64,000 nt of DNA from the human T2T-CHM13v2.0 reference genome, Homo sapiens. A model generated the notes under the pieces. The model was not told the DNA's origin, ran no database searches, and worked only from the letters and a program-made list of their open reading frames with translations. Position numbers and translations under genes: made by a program. Positions 37,603-51,457 of the stretch are shown here, one piece after another; position 1 is the first letter of the stretch; each line of letters opens with the position of its first letter. Location of the stretch: the NCBI RefSeq assembly GCF_009914755.1, contig NC_060937.1; one strand, given 5' to 3'.

Positions 37603-39989
37603 TTATAGGAAAGATGGTGTGTTTCTACTCCTTGCTAATAAATCATCCCTGAGTGAGATGGAAGTTAGAGAGTGCCATTCATTGGGCTTACCTGAAAGGT
37701 GATCTGGAGGAGCCAGTTTTTCATTTCTATGACAGTGGACTTTCTCCAGAAGTGTATTCCTGAGGCTCTGCCCCTAGAACAGACAAGAACAGTGTATAAC
37801 AAGCTCTTCATAACAGCCACCATCAATAAACAAGCAAAGGATTGTGATTTCTTTCTTTCAAAACATTTCTATATAAATTAAGCTTTCTAAGTATCTGTTG
37901 ATCTTAACAGGAACCATTCAATCTTACTTAGCAGTCTGCAGCATGGGAAAATGGACATTTCTGAATTTAACAGGCTCTGCTGTTATGAAACCCACCTATA
38001 ACTGTGGATTATTTATTTATATATATCAGTCAGCATCATAAGTGCAAATCTTAGACTATCTTTTTGTTTGATTGCTGTGGAATGTTGTGGGTTATACTCT
38101 GACACTAATTTTGGATCTCTTTTAAGATTTTATTATTTCCTAGATCAATTCTTGATACTGTCTCTGTAAAACAAAAATTATAATTTTTAAGTGAAAACCA
38201 AGGATAATCTCAAAGCTCACTTTAAATTCGCCATCTCTGCTCACTATCTTTATGTTGTGAAAATAACTGGTGTTTTGAAGCCAGACTGTATCAGCAAAAT
38301 ATCAGCAAAATTCATTTATTTAAGAAATGTTTGCTGAACCTCTCTTACTTACAAACAGTATGTGCTTTGTGAGCTTTTGTTGATGAATAAGCATGCATGA
38401 TTTCTATAGCTTCTCTGAGCCCCAGTTTTATTATTTATAAGGTAGTTTTTTATTTTTACATGTTCATTGTATTAAAAATTAATTTATTATTGGGTACATA
38501 ATACATATACAATGACTTATTTTCCTTGAAATTATATATACACATGAACAAATTAACTTGAATTATTTGGCATCCATTTGGGCATTGGAACTCTAGGAAT
38601 TCAAGCAGCAGGTGGGAAATATAAAAAACAATAGCAGAATAAGGAGTCTGCAAACTGACAATAAGTCAAATACCGAGCGTTGACTACTCATTGCAGTGCC
38701 CCATGTAGCAACACAGCTCTTCCTTAGGCTCAGTCTGAGCCAAGGCAGTGAATCTAAACTTAAGTACAGGTCCATTAGTGTCAAAGAGCATTCAAAAATG
38801 CAATTAGGAAAATTCGTACACGTGTCTCTGGATTGGTTTCTTGCTTGAAGCTTCCAACTCTTATTTGACACAGAATTCTATAAATTATATACTAGTTAGT
38901 GGTTTCCCAGCCCACATCAGATTAAGAAAACAAACCAAGAGTAGAGTAAAGCCTATTCAGAGAGCAAACTAAGAAAGCAAACTAAAAGTAGAGGAAAACA
39001 CATGGATACACTCAAGTAGCAGCTGACAATATAACCAAGAGTTAGGGGATAGAAAAATCAATGAAAGGTACAACTACATACACAGTAGCATAAGCTGTTG
39101 ATAATACAGTAGTCTTGATTAGAATGTAGCTCAACAATTAATGTCCAAAATAGCAGTTACAAATAATCAGAGAAAAAGCCAATAATGTTTAAAATACTTT
39201 TTTTAGTGAGGCAAAGTAGTGACTCAAAAAGATGAGAAAGCTTTGGCTAAAATAATTATAGAAAAAAAGAATGGTAAAAACTTGAACTTTTGAATATTAT
39301 AATTTTTGTTATCCTTTAAAATTCAATTACATGAAATCCTAGAGTCACTGATAATGATGAATAATAGAGGCATTATTTAATATATTCTATGCAGTACTGA
39401 GCCACACTTTAATAAGACAAAATAGTTCATTTCTTTTGGCAAATATAGGAAACATCCAATATGAGGTTATAAGTGGATATATCCACAGGCACCTATTCAA
39501 ATAGTCTTTCAGTTAAGTACTTCTGGCACATGAACTAGTATTAAGTAGCTATAAATTCCCTTCAACATTTATTTAAAACATCATAAAGTAAACACAGCAG
39601 GAAACTGTGTAAAGAGAATGTTCAGTTTAGCGTATTACAGCACTGAATCTTGAAAGATTGTTACATGTAACACGGCCCTGCAGTCAAGCAAAAAGCATGA
39701 GGATCCGTAAAGGTGAGAAAGTCAAACTTGTAATTAGAGAATGAGGAATAAAAGCAGACCAATTAAAGATGAATTTCTCTAGGAGCCCTTGCCATTACAC
39801 ATATATTTACTAGTATTAAATGTAATTTCGTATTACAAATTCTACCAAATTCCATGCTAGGTGCTTAATTTCTTTTACATCATCTCTTTTTCCTGATTAA
39901 AAATATCTTCCTGTAAGAAGCTGAGACTTATTCTTGTATCATTTTTTAGCTCTCATAAAAAGGGAACAATCTCATCATATTTTGTCTGT

Positions 39990-40100
39990 GGAATTGACTT
40001 CCTGCATGTGTGATACATGAGGTGCTTGAGACCCCATACTCAGAAGGGTCCCAGGTTTGGCTTAATGCTCTGCTGCTGCCATCTTGAACTTCTTCATAAT

Positions 40101-40132
<32 letters not shown>

Positions 40133-40494
40133 TTTGAGATAGAGTCTTGATCTGTCTGTCGCTTAGGCCGGAGTGCAGTTGCATGATCTTGGCTCCCTGC
40201 AATGTCTGCCTCCCGGATTTAAGCAATTCTCCTCCTCAGCCTCCTTAGTAGCTGAGATTAAAGGCATGCACCACCACACCCAGCTAATTTTTTGTATTTT
40301 TAGTAGAGATGGGGTTTCACCATGTTGGCCAGGTTGGTTTTGAACTCCTGACCTCAGGTGATCTGCCCGCCTCAGCCTCCCAAAGTGCTGGGATTACAGG
40401 CATGAGCCACCGTTTCCAGCCTTCATAATTTTTTAACAAGCGACCTTGAATTTTCATTTTACACTGGGCCCTCCAAATTACATATCTGGTTCTG
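39990..40494 (+). mobile_element. MER53 DNA transposon split by an Alu
   Basis: ctcagaagggtccc...ggcttaatgctctgctgctgccatcttgaa | ttttcattttacactgggccctccaaatta. Confidence 0.75.
40105..40421 (-). mobile_element. AluS (Sx-like)
   Basis: Full dimer, T-rich tail, TSD ttcataattttt at 40093-40104 and 40422-40433. Confidence 0.96.
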
Positions 40495-40639
40495 TTTATC
40501 TGTTTATCTGGTTCTGCCCAATTGGTTTATGTACTGATGCATTTGGTGTCGAAAAATGAAGAGTCCAAATACTTATATCACAACCGTAAAATTAGTTATG
40601 TTTTTTCCCCTTCTTGTCCTGTTCTACTTCTCCCTTCTC

Positions 40640-43600
40640 CAGTTAAATTATCATATTAGGCAAACAGATCAATGAAACTGAATTATCCCAGAAGCAAACT
40701 CATGCATATAAGTACACTTGTTGCTTGACAGATTTGCTATTGGAAATTAAGTGGGGGAGGTCCAATGGTCATTACAATAAATGATGCTAATGCACTGAAC
40801 AAACGAGAAAAATTATATTTCAAACTCTTACCAAACCAAAACATTAACTTTGAGTAGTTTAAAAAACAAATTGTGAAAAACGACATGTAGAGTGATAAGT
40901 TTGTTTATACTACAAATATGATTTTTCTGCCCATCAAGACACCCTAAAGGAAGTGAAAAGTTGAGCTACAAACTCTAAGAATACAGTTATATTGCATAAA
41001 GTGTAGAAAGGACTACAACTTGAAAGAAAATTTCAAACAGTTCAATAGAAAACTGGGCAATAGGTACTTCAAAGAAGAGGAAACTTAAATTAACAAAAAA
41101 CACTGGAAAATGAACTAGATCAGTAATAATCAGGAAATGTAAATAAAAAGTAAAAGGGGTTACCATATCACACCCACCAGACAAGCAAAAATTTAAGTCT
41201 GTGTATTACTAAAAATTGGAGGCGATATGGATCAATAGAAATTTTTATATATTAGTAGATGGACCGTGAATTGAAAAACATCTTTCTTTATTTACTTGAC
41301 AAATAATGATTGGATATATTTATGGCATACAATCTGATATTTTGATATATGTGTACATTGTAGAAAGATTAAATCAAGCTAATTAACATTTCCATCACCT
41401 CATCTCCTTTTTTTTTGACATTCTTTTTTTTTTAATTATACTTTAAATTCTGGGGTCCATGTGCAGAACGTACAGGTTTGTTACATAAGTATACACATGC
41501 CATGGTGGCTTGTGGCACCCATTAAGCCGTCATCTACATTAGGTATTTCTCCTAATGCTATCCCTCCCCTAGCCCCTACCCCTGACAGGCCCCTGTGTGT
41601 GATCTTCCCCTCCCCGTGTCCATGTGTTCTCATTGTTCAACTCTCACTTATGAGTGAGAACACGCGGTGTTTGGTTTTTTGTTCTTGGATTATTTGCTGA
41701 GAATGATGGTTTCCAGCTTCATGCATGTCCTTGTAAAGGATGTGAACTCATCCTTTTTTATGGCTCCATAGTATTCCAAGGTGTATATGTGCCACATTTT
41801 CTTTACCCAGTCTATCACTGATGGTCACTTGGGTTGGTTCCAAGCCTTTGCTATTGTGAACAGTGCTGCAATAAACATACATGTGCATTTGTCTTTATAC
41901 TAGAATGATTTATAATCCTTTGGGTATATAGCCAGTACTGGGATTGCTGGGTGAAATGGTATTTCTGGTTCTAGATCCTTGAGGAATTGCCACACTGTCT
42001 TCCACAACTAGTTTACACTCCCACCAACAGTGTAAAAGTGTTCCTATTTCTCCATATCCTCTCCAGCACCTGTTGTTTCCTGACTTTTTAATGATCGCCA
42101 TTCTAACTGGCATGAGATGGTATCTCATTGTGGTTTTGATTTGCATTTCTCTAATGACTAGTGATGATGAGCTTTTTTTCATGTTTCTTGGCCACATAAA
42201 CGTCTTCTTTTGAGAAGTGTCTGTTCATATCCTTTGCCCACTTTTTGATGGGGTTGTTTTTTTCTTGTAAATTTGTTTAAGTCCTTTATAGATTCTGGAT
42301 ATTAGCCCTTTGTCAGACGGGTAGATTGCAAAAGTTTTCTCCCATTCTGTAGGCTGTCTGTTCACTCTGATGATAGTTTCTTTTGCTGTGCAGAAGCTCT
42401 TTAGTTTAATTAGATTCTATTTGTCAATTTTGGCTTTTGTTGCCATTGCTTTTGGTGTTTTAGTCATGAAGTCGTTGCCCATGCCTATGTCCCGAATGGT
42501 AAGACTACAGTAACAAAAACAGCATGGTACTAGTACCAAAACAGATATATAGAGCAATGGAATAGAACAGAGGCCTCAGAAATAACGCCACACATCTACA
42601 ACCATCTGATCTTTGACAAATCTGACAGAAACAAGCAATGGGGAAAGGATTCCCTATTTAATAACTGGTGTTGAGAAAACTGTCTTGCCATATGCAGAAA
42701 GCTGAAACTGGATCCCTTCCTTACACCTTATACAAAAATTAACTCAAGATAGATTCAAGACTTAAACGTAAGACCTAAAACAACAAAAACCCTAGAAGTA
42801 AACCTAGGCAATATCATCTCCTTATTTTTTTGTAGTGAGAACATTTAAAATCTTTCTTTTAGCAATTTTTAAATATACAATACATATTATTAACTGTGGT
42901 CGCCATGCTGCATGCTATGCAATAGATCCGTAACACTTACTTCTCCTATCTAACTGACTGACATCTCTTCTTTCCCCAACCCTCCCCACTAGTAGCCTTT
43001 GACTGACATCTCCCCTTTCCCCAACTCTCCCCGCTAGTAGCCTCTGGTAACCACTATTCTATTCTGTTTCTATGAGATTGGCTTTTTTAGATTCCACACA
43101 GAACTTCTTTCGAAAAAAGTTTGATTTTACCTGAATATGAAACACACATGCCCCATGACCCGTTAATTCTATCATTATGTTTAATAAATCAAATCAGATA
43201 AACTTTTATTCATGTGGACCAGAAGACATGTATAAGAAAATTCACAGCAGCATAGATCTAAATACAGTAGATCACATACACAAAGTGGGATATAATCATT
43301 CGGTGGCATAAAACAACAATAAAAATGAATGAATGACAGCTACTAGTATCACCAGTGATTAATCTCCCAAACATAATAGTGAGTAAGCAATACGTGACTC
43401 AATTCCACTCAAGTTCAAAAGTAAGCACAACCATACAATATATTGTTGGGGGCACATACATAGATACTAAAATCATAAAAAGCTACTATTCTCACGTCAG
43501 TGAGGATGGTAGTTACTAGGGATAGAAAGGGAAGGATATGCAATGAAAGAGATCAGAAGCTTCTAACTTATTGGTAATGCTTATTTCCTAATGAGGATTT

Positions 43601-43700
43601 TGGCTACTTTGATGTTGTCTTTATTGTTATAAATAAAGAAAAAATATATATAAGGTTTACATACTCTGATAAGGTATGAACATATTTCATAATTTAAAAA
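40640..43700. mobile_element. Old L1ME (+) containing an L1MA 3' end (-, 41283-41400 and 42833-43100), itself split by an L1PA
   Basis: The L1MA 3' UTR sequence ctaattaacatttccatcacctca continues as ttttgtagtgagaacatttaaaatct after the L1PA. Confidence 0.75.
41418..42814 (-). mobile_element. 5'-truncated, 5'-inverted L1PA (PA7-like)
   Basis: Minus-strand 3' UTR/ORF2 end to ~42501, then plus-strand ORF2 piece ~42502-42814; TSD catctcctt(a/t)ttttttg at 41401 and 42815. Confidence 0.93.
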
Positions 43701-44880
43701 ATGCCTAGTGTTTCAAAGCATTATGTACCCAATATGTACTGTATTTAAAGGCAAGTCTTTTCAAGGTCTACATATTGTTGACAAACCTTCAGCGACAAAT
43801 TAATTCCTAACTCTCATCCACAAAATCTACCCAAAGAAAAAGAATTATATTCATGTATGCATTAAAGATTTTTTAAAAAATATTTTATACTGCATCCAGT
43901 GTTAGCTCTTTTTGTAATTAACATGAATAAAATACACATGAAATTGTAAGAAGCACAGGTTTTGATGGAGGGAAAAGGATGTAAATAAATTGGTAGGAGA
44001 GCTGAGTTGGTTCTGCAGGCAAAACAATGATCTATGCTTGCTTTCAGATCCCTGATAATATTTAAGTAATGGCCAAAAACCCAGAAGCTTACTTCTTAAG
44101 CAGAAAAGGCATTATCAAAGTTCTTAAATATGATTACAGCTGGTTTTCTAGGAACAAAGATTTTGAAGGAGACAGTTGTCACACTGTTCTATGGTATTTG
44201 GACTCTAACTGATGGAGGACCATCAAAACATTTCAAATAGGCACTGCCAAGGTAAAGCCGCATGTCTTTTGGGGTAAAGGAAAAGAAAAGGCAAGCACGA
44301 AGCTTATCAAGAGATGGAGCACAAGAACAGAAAATGATGGGGAGCCATGAAAGCAACATTGAAAAATTAAACTATCATCAAAATTTTGACCCTTTTAAAA
44401 TTGAATACATGATTTAGATATGAATACGAAGAAGATTTTCTTTCTCCTTTCTTTTTGATAGTAGGATCTTTAAAGATTGCTTTGGATAGACTAGGGTGTG
44501 ATAGAAGATTTTGTTAAAGGCACCATAGTCTCACTGTGAACATAAAGCAAAGATTCTCTTGGCACAGTGTGTTTATCTTTGACTTCATAATTCCTTAAGG
44601 AACAGTTCATAATATTTACATTTAAGTACATAGCATTGAGGCCTTATGTGCTTTAGAGTATCTACTGCATAAGAACATTAATTCAAATGGGAAGCAACAT
44701 TACCAGTATTAAGCTATTGAACAAGCAGTATCTAAAATCATTACTATTATTCCAGCTGGGAGAGCCAAAGGCTGAGTTGTTTATTCTGTTGGTCTTGTTT
44801 ACATTTTAAATTTGAGCCATTGAAGACTTAGTTACAGAAAACAAGAATTAGAAGCATTCAGCTAGATGCTACCATCTCAG

Positions 44881-44910
44881 CAAACAAAACAAAACAAAAC
44901 AAACAAACAA
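44881..44910. repeat. (CAAAA)n/(CAAA)n simple repeat
   Basis: Read directly. Confidence 0.85.
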
Positions 44911-45699
44911 TATAAAAAAAGACAAAAACAGACAGTGATTGGCCTCAAAATTGCGTCTGTCAATTTTAGTGTCTGCGCAAGGGTTCCTCCAGCTACACTG
45001 AGAAAAGGGCCTTGATTCGAGCTCTATAAATCGTTCCTTGGAGAAGAGCTCTCCAGCCTCCAAACAACTGAAATCTTACCTGTACATTTCTACTTGGTTT
45101 GCAGAGGTGGAGTTATAAAATATTTTTTATTCTTGTAGAAATAACACTTTACCAGCTTAACACTAGAAGAATGATTTTGGAGTCAGATACCAACCTTATT
45201 ATTAATACTATGAAAACCAGTGTTCTATATTTAAATTTGGGGCTAGGAGAAAAAAAATTCAAAGGAGCTCCATATTTTTTGAATGATGAAATAAACATTT
45301 CTACTACTAGAGATAGTTCTTTCTTACAGTCCTGCCTTGAAGAGACTATGTTAGCAGAATTTATACTATGATGAATGTTAGCAGAATTTATACCTATGAT
45401 AAATGCTGTTCTTGAAATTCCAAGGGAAGATGTCATGACTTGTTCTTTGCTAATGTGATAGATACAACCATATGGTGTTTTCTACTTTGTTTTTAATTTG
45501 CATTGTTCTCAATTTCCAAACTAGCATAATCATGAGTATCTTTGCTCTATTAACTTATTTCATGACCAACTGAAAGAAGAAACATGTAAAACTTTTGTAT
45601 GTTTCCAAACATCAAATACAAAATGCTATTGGAATAATTTAAATCAATTAAAATTTCTAAAGAACAACAAAACTGATCCAGCACCTCCTTGAGCCTTAC

Positions 45700-45848
45700 A
45701 ATGTCATCCGAGGATTAATGCAACACCATTATCTGGGAACCTGCTAGAAATGCAGAATTCCAGGCCCCACTCCAGATCTACTGAATCAGAGCCTGCATTT
45801 GAACAAGGTCTCCAGGTGATCAGAACGCACATCCAAGTTCACAAAGCT
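45700..45848. mobile_element. MER5A/B
   Basis: tagaaatgcagaattccaggccccactccagatctactgaatcagagcctgcatttgaacaagg. Confidence 0.8.
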
Positions 45849-47010
45849 CCTCCATGGCTGACCTTTACAATTGTACTGTGTTCACATAAATTGTAACTTT
45901 ACCCAGAGAGAGAGTAGAATTCTAGAAATGTGAAGTATTTAAGGGAAATATGAATGTAGCTTAAAAATGCTCAAATTTGGAATCTCTTAGTAAAAATAAC
46001 CTAGCTGAGTTAAACTGTACATAGGTGGAAAAGTAATTTCTATGGTAACCAAGGTTTCCTAGGTGTTTAGAATTAGGAAATTGACAGGTAATCAGTATAG
46101 TTGCTAGGGTACAATCACAATGGATGAAATCCTTTGCCAAATGGCAAATGAGTGAATGGCTACAATTTGACATCAAACTGAGATTCCTGCTGTTTTTTCA
46201 ATGGTAACACAGGAAGTACTTGCTACCAATTTTGAGATTGCTGTGACGTGATGAAATATAAAAAGTAATCTCAATGTCTGAGAGAAAAATGGTGCCCAAA
46301 ATGTCCATATTTATCACACAAGGGTAAGAGTCTTCTGATATACAGCTAACTTATAAAAATCGAGAACTCACAATGATGGTATACATCTCAAACATGCAGA
46401 AATAATGTTTTGAATAGAAAATATCCCTGGAAAAGATCACTCATGATCATTAAAATACCATCTTAATTTTAAAAATTCATTTAATTTTATTTACTCATTT
46501 ATTTATTACTGCAAATCAGAATTTAACAATAGTAAGGTCAGATAAAAATATTTTGTTGTTGCAGTAATAACAGTTTGACTCATGGCTAAAAGTCACAGGC
46601 AAGTGTAAAAAATCTCTACTCTTAGTTCAAAATGTTTAAGCTAAGCAATTCCCCCAAGTCGCTGCTCTAGACATTAAGCTCATTAGAAAGCTAAGGGAGC
46701 AGGAAAAGAAATAATTTCTTTTCACCATATGAAGGAAAATGTTGTCTAAAATATACATCTGCTCACAAAGATGCTCTGGTGCTAGTGTTTTCAGTGGTTG
46801 AAAAAACCCAACTTTTAAGCAACATTGAATTTTGAGTGCCCTCGTATGTTCTCTGATCTCTGACAAAAATTTATCTGTCAAACTTTCTTGAGTCCTATGT
46901 GTGCTATGTTCTGAAGGGTATGCCAGTGGCTCAGGGATAGAGCACAGTCCCTTCAAAGCAAGAACCTGGCCATTTGCCTTTGCCTCCCACCATTCCCTGA
47001 ATGGGTTTAA

Positions 47011-47472
<462 letters not shown>

Positions 47473-48299
47473 TAAGGCACATTTCTTATTTCACCTCTTC
47501 CATGAAACATTTTTTATTACTAATAACTCGTTACCACATCTTCACTTATCTCCTCAATGGTATTCCATAACACCCTTTCCTTCTGTCCCTCTATTCGATT
47601 ATTTCCTCCTTCAGGATGAAGTCTGTGTCTCATTCACTTTTGCATTTGCATTACAGTACCTAGTGGCTTGCACCTAATAGCTATGTGACAAATATTTACA
47701 GGATTTAATTTTATTTGATCTCCCAGTGTCCAGACCTGCATCCCAACTGCTGGGTCACTGCAATGCTTTCAGGCTTCTAGCACCTGGCTTCTGATTCTGG
47801 GCCCTTTGGCTCCTGAACTGATTACGAGAGCATCCTAATGCTGATTACCTAAAATTGATAGGAAAACAATTGCTTCTCACCTTCCTGGTGAGATGTTTTT
47901 TTAAAGCACATGCTTCTTATTAATATTTACATGCACTGGGGTTTACAAAAAAATATGTTGATTAGAATGGAAGAGATTAGACTCAGGGGCTTATTTGCCT
48001 TCTTAATGAAGGAAAACACGCTTAGATTTGCTCAACAAAGTTTATGGGAGGCCATTGTTTGAAATAACCAAACCAGAATGGAGTTCCTGGAACTAGGTGT
48101 CATGTAATCGATTTTTAAAATGGGCCAGTCCTCCAAAAAGCAGAAAATTCACAGCGGCCAGTCTGAAGGGACTCCTGAGCCGCCATAAGGCAGTCTCTTC
48201 TGTGTCATCCATATAAGGTGATTCACTTTGAAATGATTCAAGAAAAAGCCAATTATATGTTTATAACAAATTTTTTATGATTTTGATTTTTGTTTTTTA

Positions 48300-48611
48300 T
48301 CAGGTTTCAAGTGACTAGGACGTATAAAAGTATACGGGTGAAGTAATGAAGACAGGGCTATTTTATTACAGTCTGTTTATGCATACTCATCTTGATGTTG
48401 TCTCTGTCTTCAATGAGAACAGTAGCTCTTCTCTCCCTGATTTGAGGAAGGAACCTTTCTCAAAGGCAATACATGCCTTACTTTTAGGCAGATAAAGCCT
48501 TAAAGGGTAGAAAACTTTTCTTGTCCTGTTGAGTCTCAATTGTCTTTAGCTCAGAGTAATCCTTATGCCAATGTAGCATAATTTTGGAGTGGCATATTCT
48601 GATTCCTTTCA
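48300..48611 (-). mobile_element. ERV1 MER4-group LTR 5' part
   Basis: Reverse complement starts TGAAAGGAATCAGAATATGCCACTCCAAAATTATGCTACATTGGCATAAGGATTA. Confidence 0.7.
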
Positions 48612-49549
48612 GAGGAAGCTCAGATAGGCAATAGAAACAATAAACCTTCAACAAATAGCCAACAATTTTTTCTCATGTCACACAACTTCGACAAATATAA
48701 ATATACTCTGGAAATGTACTGCCAACATCAGCATTGACTTCAAGGTTGCTTTCTCAAACAGTGACTTCGTGAGATCTTGATCTCACTTTGGCCTTCATGT
48801 AACTCATTACTTACACTCAAACCGAGTTCTGGACTTGAATCTAATGTTCCTTGGCTATGTGTTCCTAGATGTGCCCTTGTCTCTACCATTGCCCAAGACC
48901 TTCCCTTGTCCTGAGCTGACCAGCCTTCTTCCTGGTCCTTGTCAGGATAACGTGCCTAGGCCCAAGCTGTACTGAAGACACCAAAATGTCTCTCTTAGCC
49001 AGGTATCAGTTGGACTCATAGGCTGACTTGACTGATTATTCTGAAGAGGTATTTGATGTAGATTATGCAGGGGGAAAAAAAAGTACTACCTTATCCATGC
49101 CCATGTATGCATGGCAGGACAGCCACAGTCCATTTTGCTAAATCAAGTGTATCTTTACAAAGCCCTATTCTAGCAGATGCTTTGCTAGAGGCTGCGATTG
49201 GGTACAATAGGAAGTGGGGGACATTGAAAGATAAGTAAGACACAGACCCTGCCTTCCATGGGCTCCTTAGGGTCAATCAACCATGAAGTCACAGCCTATC
49301 TCTGCCACTTACCAATGTGTGATCTTGTTCAAGCCATTTGTTCTGGTTAGTCATCAGTTTCTTCAGTTATCAAAAGGAAGATAATTATTTCTTTGTCACA
49401 GGCATGTTTTAAAGAGTCTCTAGAATAGTGCACATACATATTACATGCGTAATAAGTGGTAGAAAAAAGCTTACCAAAATCTTCTCTTCTTCAATTGGCA
49501 ACTTCCATTTCAATTAGCTTAACACAGATTTTATATCTGGTGTTTGTAT

Positions 49550-49730
49550 ATTTCTCAAACCCTGGTTTTCCACCCTGATCAGACATTAGAATCACCTGGG
49601 AAGATTATCAGGTTTCCCCACCCCCAAAGATTCTCATTTAATGGTCTGGGGTGGAAATAAAGGGAAATAAATCGGTAATTTTCAAAAGCTCTTAGGTGAT
49701 TCAAATATGCAGTCAAGGTAGAGGATTACG
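49550..49730. mobile_element. MER5-like fragment, next to MIR/L2 remnants at ~49160-49460
   Basis: acattagaatcacctgggaag...aaaagctcttaggtgattcaaatatgcagtcaagg. Confidence 0.7.
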
Positions 49731-50789
49731 TTGACAAGAAAACTGAATTCAATTTTATTCTCATCCACTTGCCTATACAGATTGAACTCACCTGGGTAGT
49801 CACTGACCTTTTCTCAAAACCTTTCTCTGAGTCAGGGAAATGACACAAGATGTGTCTCTCACAGCAAAGATGCCTTGGTGTATGCTAGAGAATCAGGGTA
49901 ATTATCATCAAGTAAAACTGCATGCTGCTTGCTTCCACAGAAACCTTTAAATTTGCTTGAGAAATAAGGACTAAGAGTTCCCTTGAAACTTGTAGAATGT
50001 AGGAACTTCTGATTAAATAAATTTACCAAGGATCTAGCTTTAACTCTACGGGCCATATTATATGAGTTCCTATCCCAGATACATCATCTGACAGTATGAA
50101 TACACTTACAAGGACAATGGAATAAAATATTTAAAATTAGAATTGACCCTTAACATCTGGAATATATGACCACCATACATTTAGATATTATAAGATTGCA
50201 TGTTCTACAGAAGGGCCAATCTCACTTGCATTTGAGGGGCTTTGGTCTCCTGGTAAAATCATTTCTCATTTCTGAATTTTCAATACCCTAGAGATGTCGT
50301 ATGTGTTTCTTTGGCATTAAGTGTCTTTCCTGAAACTATGAAGCAAAGTTCAACAATAGTTCAAGAGGATACCCTGAATCAGAGTCTCTAATTCATTTAA
50401 ACTGTTAAATCCTGAAATAAAAATATGGAATCAGGGTCTCAAGACCTATAGGTCATGAACCTGCTACTAAACCACAATGTCATAATCTCCAAATCCACAG
50501 TGAAAGGAGTGATGAAGTTAGGAATAATACTAGGTCCTGTCAACCCCTGAGATTCTAGGAATTTCTCTAACTTTCAAGAAATTCTTTGGAATGTTTTTAG
50601 AAGTTTTTTTTCCTTGGAAACCAAGATGCAAGAGATATCATTTGGTAGAGCTGCCACTATCCACTTGGTTCTGGGAGACCTTTAAGAAATTTAATGGAGG
50701 AAGGAAAGATGAAATAAGCAGGAGAGAAAGAAAATTTTAAAATAAAAGTCACCAAAAATATCCCTTAGCATAGTGAACATAAGCTTTCA

Positions 50790-51390
50790 TTTAGTAAGAG
50801 TCTCTTTGGGTCAGATCCCTGTTCTCATCTTTAGTTCCTGTAGTTCAAGTGGGGCTGATCCTTCTGTATCATAATCAACTTGAACCCCAGTCTTCATGTT
50901 TCCTGCTGGTGGTGCCATTGTGTAAGTATAGCTGGTCTGTTGAATTAACTGGACTCCTTTGGATGCAAGCACAAAGTAACTCCATTTTTCTCAAGATAAC
51001 TCCTTTAAATCTACTCCCCTAACTTATACCACATCCCCCACCTCTGGATCCAAACCAAATACCACCTCTGACTCCAGGCAGAGGCTCCATGACACAAGCC
51101 AGAGTCCTCCTTAGGACTTTTTTGGGAATTATTGTGAAAATGGCACTCTCTTTTCTTAGATGGTTTCCTGCGGATGATACAAGCCTAGAGTTACTCTAAG
51201 CTTATTTTCCATTTTGTGGGAAATTATTGTCCAAGAAAAAGTCTATCTAGAAAAAAACAATTCTCAGGTAGCAAAAAAAGTAAAGCATCTTGATGTCAAC
51301 CTCCTCTTTTTCTACTCTGCTTACAAAATATCCACGAGTCACCTGAAATAGCTTTGAGTTTGGATTTCTTCATTACCTGGGAGATAGATG
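50790..51390 (+). mobile_element. Old MLT1 (K/L-like) LTR remnant carrying a templated insertion
   Basis: gtggggctgatcc | ccacctctgactccagg reads as a continuous MLT1K-like motif once 50861-51060 is removed. Confidence 0.45.
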
Positions 51391-51457
51391 ATCTTAATAA
51401 TTCCTTTCAATTGTGGAAGTCTAGGTTCTTATTGCAATGTCTGCCTCAGTATCTAGT

